Below, piece by piece: positions 11,189-23,506 of a DNA stretch of 43,059 bases. A model generated the notes under the pieces. That model saw only the letters and a program-made list of their open reading frames with translations. It had not been told where the DNA came from and searched no databases. A program made the position numbers and the translations under genes. Numbering within the stretch: the stretch's first letter is position 1; every line of letters begins with the position of its first letter. Source of the stretch: Hyphomonas sp. (GTDB taxonomy: Bacteria; Pseudomonadota; Alphaproteobacteria; Caulobacterales; Hyphomonadaceae); contig JBGTKN010000069.1 in assembly GCA_041744615.1 (NCBI GenBank), positions 1-43,059 on the forward strand, given 5' to 3'.

Positions 11189-11878
11189 TTACTCAGAATA
11201 GTCGACGAGCTTGCCATCCTGCAGGGTCAGGATCCGGTCCATGTGGCGCGTCAGCGCGAGATTGTGGGTCGCGACAAGGACCCCTGCCCCCTCTTCCCGC
11301 ACCATCTTGATCAGCGTTGCAAATACCCGCTCCGTTGTCGCAGGATCGAGGTTGCCCGTCGGCTCATCGGCTATCACCAGGCGTGGATCGTTGGCGAGAG
11401 CCCTCGCAATGGCGACCCGTTGCTGCTCGCCGCCCGACAACTGGGCGGGCTGATGAAAGAGGCGCTCGGACAGTCCCATATCGTCCAGCAACGAGGTTGC
11501 CTTCATCCGCGCCTCTTTCCGGCGCTTGCCAGCGATCATCAGGGGCATCGCCACATTGTCCACGGCGTTGAACTCCGGCAGAAGATGGTGAAACTGATAC
11601 ACGAATCCGATCTTCTTGCGGCGAATAGCCGTGCGGCCATTTTCGTTCAACTTGAGGCAATCAATGCCGTCGAGTAGCACATCGCCGCCCTCGGGCTGCT
11701 CCAGCAGACCCGCAGTGTGGAGCAGCGTGGACTTGCCCGAACCCGACGGGCCGACGAGGCCGATCAGCTCGCCGGGTGCGATGCGAAGGTCGGTGCCGCG
11801 CAGCACACGCAAGTCGCCCGCATCCGTTTTGTAGGTGCGCTCAATCGCTTTCAGTTCGAGGACGGGCGCGGCGATCAT
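11189..11878 (-). CDS. lolD: Lipoprotein-releasing ABC transporter ATPase LolD
   Basis: GPSGSGKS, GFVYQFHHLL, LSGGEQQR and ADEPTGNLD; coupled to lolC/E. Confidence 0.93.
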   Translation of the reverse strand: MIAAPVLELKAIERTYKTDAGDLRVLRGTDLRIAPGELIGLVGPSGSGKSTLLHTAGLLEQPEGGDVLLDGIDCLKLNENGRTAIRRKKIGFVYQFHHLLPEFNAVDNVAMPLMIAGKRRKEARMKATSLLDDMGLSERLFHQPAQLSGGEQQRVAIARALANDPRLVIADEPTGNLDPATTERVFATLIKMVREEGAGVLVATHNLALTRHMDRILTLQDGKLVDYSE

Positions 11879-13161
11879 TCGAACCTCAGGGCTTTGACGG
11901 GATCCTGAGACGATGCCCAGATGGCCGGGATCATCGACACGAACATCGACATGAAGAGTGCATAGGCGCCGGTGCTGAACACTTCGTTCCAGTCAAGAAT
12001 GGCCGGCAGGTGATCAAGGCCGTATTGCTCGGCCGGGAAGACTTCTCCGTCGATCGCGAGATTGATGAGACCCTCGATCGGACCAATGTTCAGGATGAAG
12101 AGTATTCCGACGATCATGCCCAACAAAGCGCCGGCCGAACCAAGTGCGGTGCCGACCATCAGGAAGACGCGCAGGACACCTGACCGGCTGAGGCCGATGG
12201 TCCGCAGGATAGCGATGTCGCGCGTCTTGTTCTTCACCAGCATAACGACACCTACGATGATGTTGAGCGTGGCGATCATCATGATGATGGTCACCAGCAG
12301 CCGCACCATCACGCGTTCGGTGCGCAGCGCGCCGAGATACGTCCGGTTCTTGGTTTTCCAGTCCCGCAGCAGCAGGCTGTAGCCTGTCGCATCCGACACT
12401 TTCTGCATAACGGTTTCGGTCGCATCCGGATTCTTGACGCGGATATCGAGATACTGGAAACGGCCCTTTGACTGGAACAGGATTTGCGCCTGCTCCATCG
12501 GCATGAACACGTACACATTGTCGAGTTGAGCGCTCCCGGTACGGAAGATATCGCCGACGACGTAGGATTTACTGATCGGGGTCTGACCAACTGGCCCGGA
12601 CCGCATCTGGGAGGTGACGACTTCGACCTGGTCGCCAATTCCAAGGCCCAGATTGGCCGCGAGATATTGTCCTATCATGATGACATTCCCGCCATTCCGG
12701 CCTTCGCCGAAGCCGCCCGCAATAGCTGCGGCGCCGCCATCCTTGAAAATCGGCATGGTCGCGAGGTCGGCCGGCGGGATTGCACGGATGACGCCTCCCG
12801 TGCGCACGCCGTTCGCAGACAGCAGAACGAACTGTTCGATATAGGGCGACACGCTCAGCACGCCTGGCACTGTCCTGACGGTGTTGGCTATCTCTATCGA
12901 CTCTTCCTGTGGATAGCCGTCGACCGCGGCCGCAATGTGGGGTTCACCGCCGAGCAAAGCATCGAGCAGCGTCGCGCGAAAACCGCTCATGATCGACATT
13001 GTGATGATCAGCGCCGCGACCGCAAAGAAAATACCGACGAAGGATATGATCGCAATCAGGCTGGCGCCGCCATGCTCGCGGCGGGCGAGCAGGTAACGCC
13101 AGGCGAGAGTCCGTTCAAGACGGCCGAAGGGAACGGCCACCTTCGCAGCGCCATTGTTCAC
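11875..13161 (-). CDS. lolC: Lipoprotein-releasing ABC transporter permease (single LolC/E-family copy)
   Basis: N-terminal TM segment with SIMSGF, a periplasmic domain, [12 protein letters not shown] and C-terminal DPVKALRFE. Confidence 0.9.
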   Translation of the reverse strand: MNNGAAKVAVPFGRLERTLAWRYLLARREHGGASLIAIISFVGIFFAVAALIITMSIMSGFRATLLDALLGGEPHIAAAVDGYPQEESIEIANTVRTVPGVLSVSPYIEQFVLLSANGVRTGGVIRAIPPADLATMPIFKDGGAAAIAGGFGEGRNGGNVIMIGQYLAANLGLGIGDQVEVVTSQMRSGPVGQTPISKSYVVGDIFRTGSAQLDNVYVFMPMEQAQILFQSKGRFQYLDIRVKNPDATETVMQKVSDATGYSLLLRDWKTKNRTYLGALRTERVMVRLLVTIIMMIATLNIIVGVVMLVKNKTRDIAILRTIGLSRSGVLRVFLMVGTALGSAGALLGMIVGILFILNIGPIEGLINLAIDGEVFPAEQYGLDHLPAILDWNEVFSTGAYALFMSMFVSMIPAIWASSQDPVKALRFE

Positions 13162-14474
13162 GCGGTAATCCTCCGAACCGCTTCCGGGGCAGACACTTCG
13201 ATCTTCTCGCCGGTCTTGCGGCGTTTCAGTTCGACCACGCCCCTTTCGAGTGATTTCGGTCCTACTACGATCTGCCAGGGCAGACCGATCAGGTCCATGC
13301 GGGCAAACTTGGCCCCTGCCCGGTCGTCGGTGTCGTCATACAGCGCCTCAATGCCCGCCTTTGCGAACTGCTCATACAGCGCGGAGCAGGCTTCCTCGCA
13401 GGCGACGTCGCCGACGCGCATGTTGATGATGCCGACCGGGAACGGCGCCACGGCATCCGGCCAGACGATACCGTTTTCATCGTGGCTCGCTTCGATGATA
13501 CCGCCGACGAGGCGCGAGACGCCGATGCCGTAGCTGCCCATCTGCACCGGCACCATCTGACCGTCCGGACCCTGAACAACGGCGTTCATCGGTTCAGAAT
13601 ATTTCGTCCCGAAGTAGAAGATGTGACCCACTTCGATCCCGCGCGCCGAGACGCGACGGTCTGCAGGCAGCGCCTCAAAGGCCGCCGCATCATGCATTTC
13701 TTCGGTCGCTGCATAAAATCGCGTGCGCTGCTCGACGACCGGCATCAGGTCACTGTTGAAATCCAGGTCGAGGCCAGGCGCCCCGAGCGCCAAAAGTTCG
13801 CGGTCGCAGAACACAGCGCTTTCACCGGTTTCTGCCAGGATGATGAACTCATGGCTCAGGTCGCCGCCTATAGGGCCTGTGTCGGCGCGCATCGGTATCG
13901 CGGTTAGACCCATCCGGTCAAAGGCATTGAGATAGGCGCAGAACATCTTGCGATAAGCCTTGCGCGCATCTTCCTCAGTGAGGTCGAACGAATAGGCATC
14001 CTTCATCAGGAATTCGCGGCCGCGCATCACGCCGAAACGAGGGCGCACCTCGTCCCGGAACTTCCACTGTTGGTGATAGAGGTTCAACGGCAATTGCTTG
14101 TAGCTTTTCACGTAGGCGCGAAAGACATCCGTGATCAGCTCTTCATTGGTCGGACCGAACAGCATGTCCCGGTCATGCCGGTCCTTGATGCGCAGCATTT
14201 CCTTGCCATAAGCCTCGTACCGGCCCGACTCGCGCCAGAGGTCGGCCTGCTGGAGGGTCGGCATCAGCATCTCGACGGCGCCGGAACGGTCCATTTCTTC
14301 GCGCACGATCTGCTCGATCCGCTTCAGGACGCGGAAGCCGAGCGGCAGCCAGGAATAGATCCCAGCCCCGTTCTGCCGGATCATCCCGGACCGCAGCATC
14401 AACTGGTGCGAGACGATCGAGGCGTCCGCCGGCGCTTCCTTGGAAACGGGCAAGAAGTAATTCGACAGACGCAT
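13158..14474 (-). CDS. proS: Prolyl-tRNA synthetase (short form)
   Basis: [40 protein letters not shown] and [10 protein letters not shown]. Confidence 0.97.
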   Translation of the reverse strand: MRLSNYFLPVSKEAPADASIVSHQLMLRSGMIRQNGAGIYSWLPLGFRVLKRIEQIVREEMDRSGAVEMLMPTLQQADLWRESGRYEAYGKEMLRIKDRHDRDMLFGPTNEELITDVFRAYVKSYKQLPLNLYHQQWKFRDEVRPRFGVMRGREFLMKDAYSFDLTEEDARKAYRKMFCAYLNAFDRMGLTAIPMRADTGPIGGDLSHEFIILAETGESAVFCDRELLALGAPGLDLDFNSDLMPVVEQRTRFYAATEEMHDAAAFEALPADRRVSARGIEVGHIFYFGTKYSEPMNAVVQGPDGQMVPVQMGSYGIGVSRLVGGIIEASHDENGIVWPDAVAPFPVGIINMRVGDVACEEACSALYEQFAKAGIEALYDDTDDRAGAKFARMDLIGLPWQIVVGPKSLERGVVELKRRKTGEKIEVSAPEAVRRITA

Positions 14475-14527
14475 TCTACGGTTCTCTCTCGGGCTGTTCT
14501 GGACCGGCTCACTAGCCGGTCAGGTGC

Positions 14528-14761
14528 CTATTGCGCAAGCAGGAGCGGGACAACGAGCGCGGCCAAGGCAGTCACTACCACCCCGCCGCCGGTAGCCCAG
14601 ATCGCCTTCTTCAGCAGCATCGGATTTTTGGGGGCCCCTTCGTCCGTGCCAGCCACGGTCGAGCCATCTTCCCATTGTCCCTTCACGCCGATAGGCAGAA
14701 CGACAAAAAAGCTGATCCACCAGCCAAGAACAAAAACGATGATCGCGCCTGCAAGGGTCAT
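14528..14761 (-). CDS. Small two-TM membrane protein, DUF1467-like
   Basis: WWISFFVVLPIGV...GTDEGAP..P...KK pattern. Start overlaps the mce stop; this is the usual position between mce and proS. Confidence 0.8.
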   Translation of the reverse strand: MTLAGAIIVFVLGWWISFFVVLPIGVKGQWEDGSTVAGTDEGAPKNPMLLKKAIWATGGGVVVTALAALVVPLLLAQ

Positions 14762-15189
14762 CCGTGGTGGCCTTTTGGTGTTTCCATGAGTTCGACGAGA
14801 ACGCCATTGGAATTCCTCGGGTGCACGAAGATGATCATGGTCCCGTGCGCACCGATACGCGGCTTGCCGAGCACGGTCGCGCCGCGCTTCTCCATTTCGG
14901 TGACGGCTTCGTTGATATCCGCCACTTCGAAACAGACATGGTGCTGGCCACCGGAAGGATTCTTTTTGATGAAGTTGGCAATCGGCGAGGCCTCATTCAG
15001 CGGCTCGATCAGTTCGATCTGACTATTCGGCAGGTTCACGAAGCACACTTTCACACCCTGCTCGGGCATGTCGAAGGGCGTCGTGATATCCGTGGCGCCA
15101 TACAACGTGCGATATGTCTCGCAGGCCTGCTCGATGTTCGGGACGGCAACGCCAACATGGTTCAGCGGGCCTATCTTGAAATCACTCAT
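14758..15189 (-). CDS. mce: Methylmalonyl-CoA epimerase
   Basis: LNHVGVAV, IELIEP, GGQHHVCFEV, FVHP and GVLVEL (VOC-fold metal ligands). Confidence 0.92.
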   Translation of the reverse strand: MSDFKIGPLNHVGVAVPNIEQACETYRTLYGATDITTPFDMPEQGVKVCFVNLPNSQIELIEPLNEASPIANFIKKNPSGGQHHVCFEVADINEAVTEMEKRGATVLGKPRIGAHGTMIIFVHPRNSNGVLVELMETPKGHHG

Positions 15190-15195
15190 GTCGCT

Positions 15196-16881
15196 TCAGC
15201 TCCTCAATACAATCACTTCGATCAGCGGGCGGATGCCAAATTCCGCTTCGCACGCCTTGCGGAGCGCCCGGCCGACAATTTTCTCAACGATCTCGTCATC
15301 CATCCGGTCACGCTTCTTGATCCCGTCCAGCGCGCGCGCGGCGGCGACGTCCAGTGGCTCCAGGCTTTCGTCCGCGATCCGGCCATCCGATTCTGAGAGG
15401 CCCTTCACTGCGATGACGGGACCATCGATCGGCTCGCCGGATGCGTCCAGGCAGACGGTCGCAAAAATCAGACCACTGACGGACAGACGGCGGCGCTCGA
15501 TCAGCCCTTCGGCCGCTTCGGGCACAAGGCGCGAGCCGTCGAGCATGAGACGCCCGGCGGGCACTTCGTCGATGATTTCCGGCTCGCCGGGTGCAAGCCG
15601 GATGAGGCTGCCGTTGCGAGGCGTCAGAGCAGACTGGACCTGCAGAGATTTCGCATAGGCCGCGTGCTCGACGATGTGCCGCCGCTCGCCGTGCACGGGG
15701 ATCGAAACGCGCGGACGCACCCACTGGTACATGCGCCGCAACTCATCCCGGCACGGATGGCCTGACACGTGGATGGGTTCCTTCACCATGCGGGGCGTGA
15801 TGATCCGGATCCCCTGCTCTGCCAGCATGTTCTGCATCGCGTAGACCGAACTTTCGTTGCCCGGAATCAGGCGCGACGAGAAGATGACAGTATCGTCCGC
15901 CCGAAGCGAGACATTGCGATGATCGCCCCGCGCAATTCGCGACAGGGCTGCATTCGCTTCTCCCTGGCTGCCGGTGCAGAGATAAAGGATATTTTCGGGC
16001 GGAAGGTATCCCGCTTCAGATTCGTCAACGAACTCCAGGTTGGGTGGCAGGATGCCGACGGCTTTGGCCGCGCCGGTGATCTTGTGCATGCTCCGGCCGA
16101 CCAGGCAAACATCCCGGCCTGCCGCGTTGGCGGCTTCGATGATCGACTTGACGCGGGCGACGTTGGACGCAAATGTCGTCACCGCCACCGCGCCCGTCTG
16201 CTGCGCGATCAAGTCGATCAGGCCCTTACGGACCGTATCTTCCGATCCCGCCTCGCCGCTCTCGAATACGTTTGTGGAGTCGCACACCATCGCCAGCACG
16301 CCGCGGTCGCCCAGCGCCGTGAGACCTTCGACGTCTGTTTTCGCACCGACCAACGGCTCGGGATCGATCTTCCAGTCTCCGGTATGCAGGATCATTCCTG
16401 CGGGTGTCTCGATGGCTAGCGCGTTCGGTTCGGGAATGGAGTGGGTCAGGGTCATGTAGCGGACGGTGAACGGTCCTGCCGTGACCGAAGCTTCGAGCGA
16501 AATGGTCTTGAGCCGTTTCGTATCGACACCGCGTTCCTGCATCTTTCCGCGCACCAACTCGGCGGTAAATGGCGTCGCATAGATAGGCGCCTTGGTTCTG
16601 AGCAGTGGGTAAAGAAGGCCGATGGCACCGATATGGTCTTCGTGCGCGTGGGTCAGGAACACCGCGTCGATATGCTCGCCCACCAGATAGGCCGGATCCG
16701 CGCAGATGAGATCGATGCCGGGCGTCGTCGCATTGCCGAATGTCACACCGACGTCGACGATGATCCAGCGCCGCGAATGGGCCGGCCCGTAGCCATAGGC
16801 ATTGAGGTTCATGCCGATTTCCCCGCATCCGCCGAGCGGCAGGAATACGAGTTCGTCTGTCGTCGCAGCGCTATCGGGCAT
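15196..16881 (-). CDS. rnj: Ribonuclease J
   Basis: PLGGCGEIGMN, THAHEDHIG, HTGDWK, TGSQGE, HVSGH and PVHGE. Confidence 0.96.
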   Translation of the reverse strand: MPDSAATTDELVFLPLGGCGEIGMNLNAYGYGPAHSRRWIIVDVGVTFGNATTPGIDLICADPAYLVGEHIDAVFLTHAHEDHIGAIGLLYPLLRTKAPIYATPFTAELVRGKMQERGVDTKRLKTISLEASVTAGPFTVRYMTLTHSIPEPNALAIETPAGMILHTGDWKIDPEPLVGAKTDVEGLTALGDRGVLAMVCDSTNVFESGEAGSEDTVRKGLIDLIAQQTGAVAVTTFASNVARVKSIIEAANAAGRDVCLVGRSMHKITGAAKAVGILPPNLEFVDESEAGYLPPENILYLCTGSQGEANAALSRIARGDHRNVSLRADDTVIFSSRLIPGNESSVYAMQNMLAEQGIRIITPRMVKEPIHVSGHPCRDELRRMYQWVRPRVSIPVHGERRHIVEHAAYAKSLQVQSALTPRNGSLIRLAPGEPEIIDEVPAGRLMLDGSRLVPEAAEGLIERRRLSVSGLIFATVCLDASGEPIDGPVIAVKGLSESDGRIADESLEPLDVAAARALDGIKKRDRMDDEIVEKIVGRALRKACEAEFGIRPLIEVIVLRS

Positions 16882-16887
16882 CAGGTC

Positions 16888-17655
16888 TCAACGGTTCCGT
16901 TTCCAGACTTCCAGCAATCCGCGGATCAGGACGTCCTGGTCATAGTGATCGATGGTTTCGCTCGCGCCTTCGAAAAGGGAGGCTACCCCCCCTGTGGCGA
17001 CGACGGTCATGGGTTGACCATACTCGGCTTTGACGCGCCGCACGAGCCCATCAATCAGTTCGATGTATCCTAGAAAAACACCCGATTCCATCGCTGAGAC
17101 CGTATCCTTGCCTATCACCTGGGCAGGCTTCTGGATGGCTATCCGAGGAAGTTGGGCGGCCGCCTCATGCAGCGCACGCATCGACAGATAGATGCCAGGC
17201 GAGATGATGCCACCTTCGAAAGCACCATCTGCGGCTACTACATCCAGGGTAGTTGCCGTTCCGCTGTCGATCACGATCAGCGGGCCTGGGTACTTCACAT
17301 GCGCGCCGAGCGCCGAAGCGATCCGGTCCGCCCCCACCTGTTCAGGGTGGCGAACGCGCAGCTCGACGCCGGTCTTGAGACCGGGCTCTCCGATGAACAT
17401 GGGCTCTACATTGAGATACCTGCGCGCCAGCGTACGGAAATTGAATTGTGCCTGAGGCACCACGGTGGAAATGACGCAACCCTTGGTTTGGGTCAGGTCT
17501 ACCTTGGACATGTCGGCGAGGCGCCAGAGCCAGGAGGCGTGGTCATCGGCCGTCTTGGTCGAATCCGTTGCGCTTCTCCAGCTGTGTACCCAGTCCTCGC
17601 CGTCATGCAGGGCGAAAACAGTGTTGGTGTTTCCTACGTCAATTGCGAGCAACAT
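16888..17655 (-). CDS. coaX: Type III pantothenate kinase
   Basis: [21 protein letters not shown] and ATGG. Confidence 0.95.
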   Translation of the reverse strand: MLLAIDVGNTNTVFALHDGEDWVHSWRSATDSTKTADDHASWLWRLADMSKVDLTQTKGCVISTVVPQAQFNFRTLARRYLNVEPMFIGEPGLKTGVELRVRHPEQVGADRIASALGAHVKYPGPLIVIDSGTATTLDVVAADGAFEGGIISPGIYLSMRALHEAAAQLPRIAIQKPAQVIGKDTVSAMESGVFLGYIELIDGLVRRVKAEYGQPMTVVATGGVASLFEGASETIDHYDQDVLIRGLLEVWKRNR

Positions 17656-17660
17656 GCCCT

Positions 17661-18392
17661 TCAGCTCCTGCGTATTTCGACTTCGCCGGCCCTTATGGAG
17701 CGGCGCGAACCGTCCGGCAATCGAAGCAGGAGGGCGCCGTCGTCCTCCAGGTCCTCGAATATGCCCTCGGTCTGGGTATCACCGGTTCGGACCTGAACCG
17801 TCTGGCCGAGGGCTTCTGCCCGTTCCAGCCAGTCCTTGCGAGTCTCCGCGAACCCATTCCGCGCCTGCGTGACACGGCGGGCAAAGGCATAGCGAAGGCT
17901 GGAGAACACCACATCTGCAGGTGTTCCCGGCCGCATGCCAAGGTCGAAAAGGCTCGTGGCCGGCTGGGTCACGTTGTCGGGGGGCGGCACTAGATTGATG
18001 CCTATGCCCGCAGCGACCCAGAATTCTCTGCCGCTACCGCCGGTCTCAATAAGGATGCCGGACACTTTCCGGCGATCAATCCGCACATCATTGGGCCACT
18101 TCACGCGTACATCGGTACCGGGCGCATGTTCCAGCACCACGTCGGTGACCGCCAGTGCGGCCGCGAAAGGCAATCTGAGGGCAACGGGCAATCCGCCCGG
18201 TTCGCGAAAGAGCGCTGTCGCATAGACATTGCCAGCGGGTGAAACCCATTCCCGATCCTGCCGCCCGCGTCCTGCCGTCTGCTGATCAGCTACGATCCAC
18301 TGATCTTGGAAACCGTTTGCCACACGGCGTTTGGCTTCGGTGTTCGTGCTGTCGATGATGCCCATCCGGTGAACGGGCCAGGCTTCACTCAA
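17661..18392 (-). CDS. birA: Biotin-protein ligase (class I, no HTH domain)
   Basis: DSTN, QTAGRGR, KWPND, KVSGIL and GIGIN. Start reassigned to the TTG overlapping the nuoN TGA. Confidence 0.92.
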   Translation of the reverse strand: MSEAWPVHRMGIIDSTNTEAKRRVANGFQDQWIVADQQTAGRGRQDREWVSPAGNVYATALFREPGGLPVALRLPFAAALAVTDVVLEHAPGTDVRVKWPNDVRIDRRKVSGILIETGGSGREFWVAAGIGINLVPPPDNVTQPATSLFDLGMRPGTPADVVFSSLRYAFARRVTQARNGFAETRKDWLERAEALGQTVQVRTGDTQTEGIFEDLEDDGALLLRLPDGSRRSIRAGEVEIRRS

Positions 18393-19822
18393 CGTACGAG
18401 CCCCGATGCCGCGAAGGTTGCCCATCCGCCGGTGCCTAGTTCGCTGATGAACACCATGAAAACCAGGCCCGCGATGATGGCGCACAACACCACGGTTGCC
18501 ATTACCGACATGTCGACCCGTTCAAACCGTTCGGTGGGTTCATCGAACCACATGATCTTGATCAGTCTCAGATAGTAACCGAGCGAGATCACCGACGAGA
18601 TGACAACGAGAATGGCCAACGGAAGCAGGCCCGCTTCAAGACCTGCACGCAAGACCTCGAACTTGCCGAAGAAGCCACCAAACGGCGGAAGGCCGGCGAT
18701 GGAGAAGATCAGCACCGAGAGCATCACGGCCAGAACAGGCTTATTGCGCGCTAAGCCGCCGAGCTCGTTGATGCCTTCCACCATACCCCCGCGGCGGCGC
18801 ATGGCGAGCACAGCAGCAAACAGGCCCAGCGAAGTGACTGCATAAATCGTCGTGAAGGTAAGCAGCGCAGCAGCGCCCAGCTCCTGTCCTGCCGCTACCG
18901 CCACCAGACCGTACCCGACGTTGGCAATCGAGGAATAGCCGAGCAAGCGCTTGATATTGGTCTGCAACAAGGCGCCGAGCGATCCGATGATCATCGACAG
19001 GCCGGCGATAATGGAGACGATTATCTGCCACTGGTCGATGGCTGAACCGAACACCGTAAACAGAATGTTCGCGAAGACTATCGTCGACGCCATTTTTGGG
19101 GCCGAGGCAAAGAAGGCGACGACAGGCGTCGGCGCGCCTTCATACACATCCGGAGTCCAGACGTGCATCGGCGCCGCCGAAATCTTGAAGGCGAGGCCCA
19201 CGATCATCAGCACCATCCCGAACAGGGCACCAGTCGTCACACCCGCCTCTGCAATGCCTGCAAACGACGTCGTCCCGGTAAATCCGTAAACCAGTGACGC
19301 ACCATACAGCAGCATGCCTGAGGCCAGCGCGCCAAGCACGAAATACTTGAGTCCAGCTTCGGAAGAGCGGGCCGAATCCCGATGGAATGCGGCCAGCACA
19401 TAGGACGACAGGCTGAGCGTCTCTATACCCATGTACAGCGTCATCAGATCCGCAGCTGACAGGGTGATGCCCATGCCGAGACTCGCGAAGATGATCAGCA
19501 ACGCATACTCGTAGCGGATGGTATCGTGCCGCTTGAGGAAGCCTTCGGAGATGAACAGAGCCACGCCGGCTAGCACAAAGGTGATGACCTTGGCGAAGTT
19601 GACGAACGTATTCGTGCGCACGAGACCGCCGAACGCTTCTCCGCCGCCAAAGTGAAGGGCCGCCAGGGCTGCGGCACCAAACAGAGCGAGAGCGCCGAAC
19701 TTGAACGACAGCGAATTGAATCGTTCGCCGAAGATGGCGCCAAGCAGCACGCCTACAAGCCCGGCAAGTGCCAGCCAGAGTTCCGGCGCAATCGTCATCA
19801 GGATGGAGGTGATATCCAGCAT
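18389..19822 (-). CDS. nuoN: NADH-quinone oxidoreductase subunit N
   Basis: [27 protein letters not shown] and KRLLGYSSI. Confidence 0.97.
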   Translation of the reverse strand: MLDITSILMTIAPELWLALAGLVGVLLGAIFGERFNSLSFKFGALALFGAAALAALHFGGGEAFGGLVRTNTFVNFAKVITFVLAGVALFISEGFLKRHDTIRYEYALLIIFASLGMGITLSAADLMTLYMGIETLSLSSYVLAAFHRDSARSSEAGLKYFVLGALASGMLLYGASLVYGFTGTTSFAGIAEAGVTTGALFGMVLMIVGLAFKISAAPMHVWTPDVYEGAPTPVVAFFASAPKMASTIVFANILFTVFGSAIDQWQIIVSIIAGLSMIIGSLGALLQTNIKRLLGYSSIANVGYGLVAVAAGQELGAAALLTFTTIYAVTSLGLFAAVLAMRRRGGMVEGINELGGLARNKPVLAVMLSVLIFSIAGLPPFGGFFGKFEVLRAGLEAGLLPLAILVVISSVISLGYYLRLIKIMWFDEPTERFERVDMSVMATVVLCAIIAGLVFMVFISELGTGGWATFAASGLVR

Positions 19823-19825
19823 ATC

Positions 19826-21328
19826 CTACTGGCCTCCAGCCATAAGCGACAGGATCCTCAATGTGGAGCCGTCCGTGAGATTGAATATCAGGTTGGGTGC
19901 AACACCGAACAGGATCGTGAACGCCGCCAGCGGAGCGATGCAGACCCACTCGACGACGTTCATGTCCTTAATGGTGTTGAGTTCGGGGTTGGTGATTTCG
20001 CCAAACACCGTGCGCCGGTACAGCGTCAGCATGTACACCGCAGAAAAAATCACGCCGAGCGCTGCGCCAGCCGCGGCCCAGGTGGCCGCCTGGAAACCGC
20101 CCACCATGGTCAGGATTTCCCCGACGAATCCGCTGGTCCCCGGCAGCCCTACATTGGCCATCGTGAACAGCATGAAGAACGACGCGTAAATCGGCATCCG
20201 GCTGACGAGGCCGCCATATGCGGCGATCTCGCGGGTATGCATGCGGTCGTAGACGACTCCCACGATCAGGAAGAGAGCGCTGGAGATGAGACCGTGGCTG
20301 AGCATCTGGAAGATCGCGCCCTGAACGCCAGTCTCGTTGAAGGCAAATATGCCGAGCGTTACGAAACCCATGTGCGCGACAGACGAGTAGGCGATCAGCT
20401 TCTTCATGTCGGTCTGGCGCCAGGCGACAAGCGACGTATAGACGATCGCGATCACCGCCAGTGCGAACATGAAGGGTTGGAACATCGCGCTCGCGTCCGG
20501 GAACATGGGCAGCGAGAAGCGAAGCATGCCATAGCCACCCATCTTGAGCAGCACGCCTGCAAGGATCACTGACCCGGCAGTCGGCGCTTGAACATGGGCG
20601 TCCGGCAGCCATGTATGGACCGGCCACATCGGCAGTTTCACGGCGAAGGAAGCGATGAAAGCGAGCCAGAGCCAGGTCTGGATACCCGGTGCGAAGGCGA
20701 ACTGTTCCAGCACTTCAAAGTCTGCAGATCCGGCCGCGAGGATCATGTAGACCATGGCGACCAGCATCAGCAATGAACCGAGAAGTGTGTAGAGGAAAAA
20801 CTTGAACGCCGCGTAGACACGGTCCTTGCCGCCCCAGATGCCGACGATCAGAAACATCGGGATCAGGCCCGCTTCGAAGAAGATATAGAAGAGCACCAGA
20901 TCGAGCGCGACGAAGACGCCGATCATGAAGGTCTCGAGCACGAGGAAAGCGATGACATATTCGGTGACGCGCTTGTTGATCGAGTTCCAGCTCGCCAACA
21001 GACAGATCGGCGTGAGAAAGGTCGTCAGCAGGATGAGCGACAGCGAGAGCCCGTCGACACCGAGCTTGTAGCTGATCGGTCCATACCAGGCATACTGTTC
21101 GACCAGCTGATAGCCGGTCGCCGAACGGTCGAACGCAAAAAAGGCCGCAACCGACGCAACGAACGTCGCTGCCGAGATGATGACCGCAGCAAGCAGCACG
21201 GCCTTCTTCGATTGCGCAGTCGATTCGCCCTTGCTGTTGCCGGCAGTGGCCGCCCGAATGAGCATTACGAGCAGCGCCCCCGCCAGCGGCAGGAACGTCA
21301 TGACGGAAAGGATCGGGAAACCGCCCAT
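19826..21328 (-). CDS. nuoM: NADH-quinone oxidoreductase subunit M
   Basis: [26 protein letters not shown] and KKLIAYSS. Start reassigned to ATG 21328, overlapping the nuoL stop. Confidence 0.96.
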   Translation of the reverse strand: MGGFPILSVMTFLPLAGALLVMLIRAATAGNSKGESTAQSKKAVLLAAVIISAATFVASVAAFFAFDRSATGYQLVEQYAWYGPISYKLGVDGLSLSLILLTTFLTPICLLASWNSINKRVTEYVIAFLVLETFMIGVFVALDLVLFYIFFEAGLIPMFLIVGIWGGKDRVYAAFKFFLYTLLGSLLMLVAMVYMILAAGSADFEVLEQFAFAPGIQTWLWLAFIASFAVKLPMWPVHTWLPDAHVQAPTAGSVILAGVLLKMGGYGMLRFSLPMFPDASAMFQPFMFALAVIAIVYTSLVAWRQTDMKKLIAYSSVAHMGFVTLGIFAFNETGVQGAIFQMLSHGLISSALFLIVGVVYDRMHTREIAAYGGLVSRMPIYASFFMLFTMANVGLPGTSGFVGEILTMVGGFQAATWAAAGAALGVIFSAVYMLTLYRRTVFGEITNPELNTIKDMNVVEWVCIAPLAAFTILFGVAPNLIFNLTDGSTLRILSLMAGGQ

Positions 21329-23499
21329 CAGCCTGCTCCTCCCGACCGTAGCCAGAGGATTGCACCGAAGACGATGGCCGCTCCGATGATCACGAAGGCA
21401 TAGTGGTAGAGATAGCCCGTATGCATGCGCGACAGGCCGCGCGAGCTCATACCGGCAAGCTTCGCCATGCCGTCCGGGCCGACGCCGTCGATGATCTTCT
21501 TGTCCGCTTTCCAGAAGATGTTGCCGAGGAAGGCCGATCCGCGCACCAGCGTTGCCTGGTAGATTTCGTCGAAATACCATTTGTTGGAGAACAGCGCGTG
21601 CAGTGGGCCGCCGCTGGCTGCGACGCGCGCCCCGATGCCGCGATTGAAGAAGTAGGTCAACGTCGCAATCAGGAAACCGGCCAAGGTCACCACAAGCGGC
21701 GCCCAGAGCACCCATTCAGGCACGTTATGGCGATCATGCAGAACGTGGTTCTCCGCGGCGCGGTAGATCGCCCCTGCCCAGAAGGTCTCGTTCTTGGCGT
21801 CCACGAACGCATCGTAGAAATAGACGCCCGCGAAGATCGCACCAAGGCTCAGCAAGCCCAACGGAATGAGCATGGTGAGAGGGCTTTCATGCGGTTTGTG
21901 GTGATGCCCGTGATGGTCGTCGGCCGGGTGTTCCTCGTTCTTCACGTCCTCGCTGTCATGCGCGTCGTGATGCCCATGATCGTGCTGCTCGCCATGCGCC
22001 GTCATCGGGCCATGGAAGGTCATGTAGATGAGACGCCAGGAATAGAAGCTGGTGAGGAAGGCGGCAAGCAGGCCGAACCAGAAAGCAAGTTGCGCAAACG
22101 ACACGCTGGCCATCACGCCGGCATAGCTGCTCTCGAGGATCGCATCCTTCGAGAAGAAACCCGAGAAGCCAAACTTGGTGTGCGGAATGCCGAGACCGAT
22201 GATCGCAATCGTACCGATCATCATCGCGGCATAAGTCAGCGGCATGAACTTCGCGAGCCCGCCCATTTTGCGCATGTCCTGTTCATGGTGCATGCCGTGG
22301 ATGACTGAGCCGGCGCCGAGGAACAGTAACGCTTTAAAGAAGGCGTGCGTGAAAAGGTGGAACATTGCTGCTTCGTAGGCGCCGATACCTGCCGCAAAGA
22401 ACATGTAGCCGAGCTGAGAACAGGTCGAATAGGCAATCACGCGCTTAATGTCGTTCTGCGCCATGCCGACGGTCGCGGCATAAAGCGCCGTGACGGCGCC
22501 GACCAAAGCGACCATGCCGGAAGCATAGAACGTGTACTCGTAGATCGGCGACAAGAGGCAGACGAGATAGACGCCCGCCGTGACCATCGTTGCCGCGTGG
22601 ATCAGCGCCGACACAGGTGTCGGACCTTCCATCGCGTCCGGCAACCAGACGTGCAGGAAGAACTGCGCCGATTTGCCCATCGCACCAATGAAAAGGAGAA
22701 TCCCGATCAGCTCGAGCGCGTAGACGCGCTGTCCAAAGAACACCATCACCGCTTCTCGCGCCGGCGCGGCTTCGGCGAACATGGGCGTTACCACCGCATT
22801 GGTGCGGATTGCCTCCAGCACTGGACCGAACTCGACCGACTTGAACACGAAGAACACCGCCATGATCCCGAGCGCGAGACCGAAATCGCCGACGCGGTTG
22901 GTCACGAAGGCTTTGATCGACGCGTCGTTCGGAGCCTTCTTCGTGTACCAGAATCCGATGAGCAGGTAGGAGGCGAGGCCGACGCCTTCCCAGCCGAAAA
23001 AGAGCTGGATGAAGTTGTCTGCTACAACCAGCATGAGCATCATGAAGGTGAACAGTGACAGGTAGGCGAAGAAGCGCGACTTGTGAGGGTCCTCGCTCAT
23101 GTAGCCCCAGGAGTACAGGTGAACGAGTCCCGACACGCCGGTGATCACCGCCATCATGACGATCGACAATGTGTCTACACGGATGGCCCAGTTCGCGTGG
23201 AAATCGCCGACATGGATCCACGGCGTCAGCGTGATGATATGCTGTTTTAGCTCGACCGTGGCCGCTGCGGCGCCTGCGGTCAGGTAGGCATCAAAGCCCA
23301 CATGTTCCGGCGCCGGCGCGCCGCCCAGGCCAGAAACATAGGCGAACAGCTGATACAGCGAGAGAGCGCCGCAGGAGAGAACGACGCCGGTCGTGATCCA
23401 CATGACTACGCGGTCGCCGATCCACTTGTGGAACAGGCCTGTAAGCGCGGCGAAGCCGGGCGCCAGGACGATGTAGATCAGCAGGCTATCCGGAAGCAT
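21328..23499 (-). CDS. nuoL: NADH-quinone oxidoreductase subunit L
   Basis: [37 protein letters not shown] and [10 protein letters not shown]. Confidence 0.97.
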   Translation of the reverse strand: MLPDSLLIYIVLAPGFAALTGLFHKWIGDRVVMWITTGVVLSCGALSLYQLFAYVSGLGGAPAPEHVGFDAYLTAGAAAATVELKQHIITLTPWIHVGDFHANWAIRVDTLSIVMMAVITGVSGLVHLYSWGYMSEDPHKSRFFAYLSLFTFMMLMLVVADNFIQLFFGWEGVGLASYLLIGFWYTKKAPNDASIKAFVTNRVGDFGLALGIMAVFFVFKSVEFGPVLEAIRTNAVVTPMFAEAAPAREAVMVFFGQRVYALELIGILLFIGAMGKSAQFFLHVWLPDAMEGPTPVSALIHAATMVTAGVYLVCLLSPIYEYTFYASGMVALVGAVTALYAATVGMAQNDIKRVIAYSTCSQLGYMFFAAGIGAYEAAMFHLFTHAFFKALLFLGAGSVIHGMHHEQDMRKMGGLAKFMPLTYAAMMIGTIAIIGLGIPHTKFGFSGFFSKDAILESSYAGVMASVSFAQLAFWFGLLAAFLTSFYSWRLIYMTFHGPMTAHGEQHDHGHHDAHDSEDVKNEEHPADDHHGHHHKPHESPLTMLIPLGLLSLGAIFAGVYFYDAFVDAKNETFWAGAIYRAAENHVLHDRHNVPEWVLWAPLVVTLAGFLIATLTYFFNRGIGARVAASGGPLHALFSNKWYFDEIYQATLVRGSAFLGNIFWKADKKIIDGVGPDGMAKLAGMSSRGLSRMHTGYLYHYAFVIIGAAIVFGAILWLRSGGAG

Positions 23500-23506
23500 A
23501 CTGGGG

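Noticed and set aside
19826-21715. Over-extended ORF-track N-termini (nuoM; also rseP, rpsB, birA, nuoK, nuoI, nuoC, edd, zwf)
   Set aside because: The extensions overlap upstream genes or leaders and are not family-like. Downstream starts have an SD or stop/start coupling.
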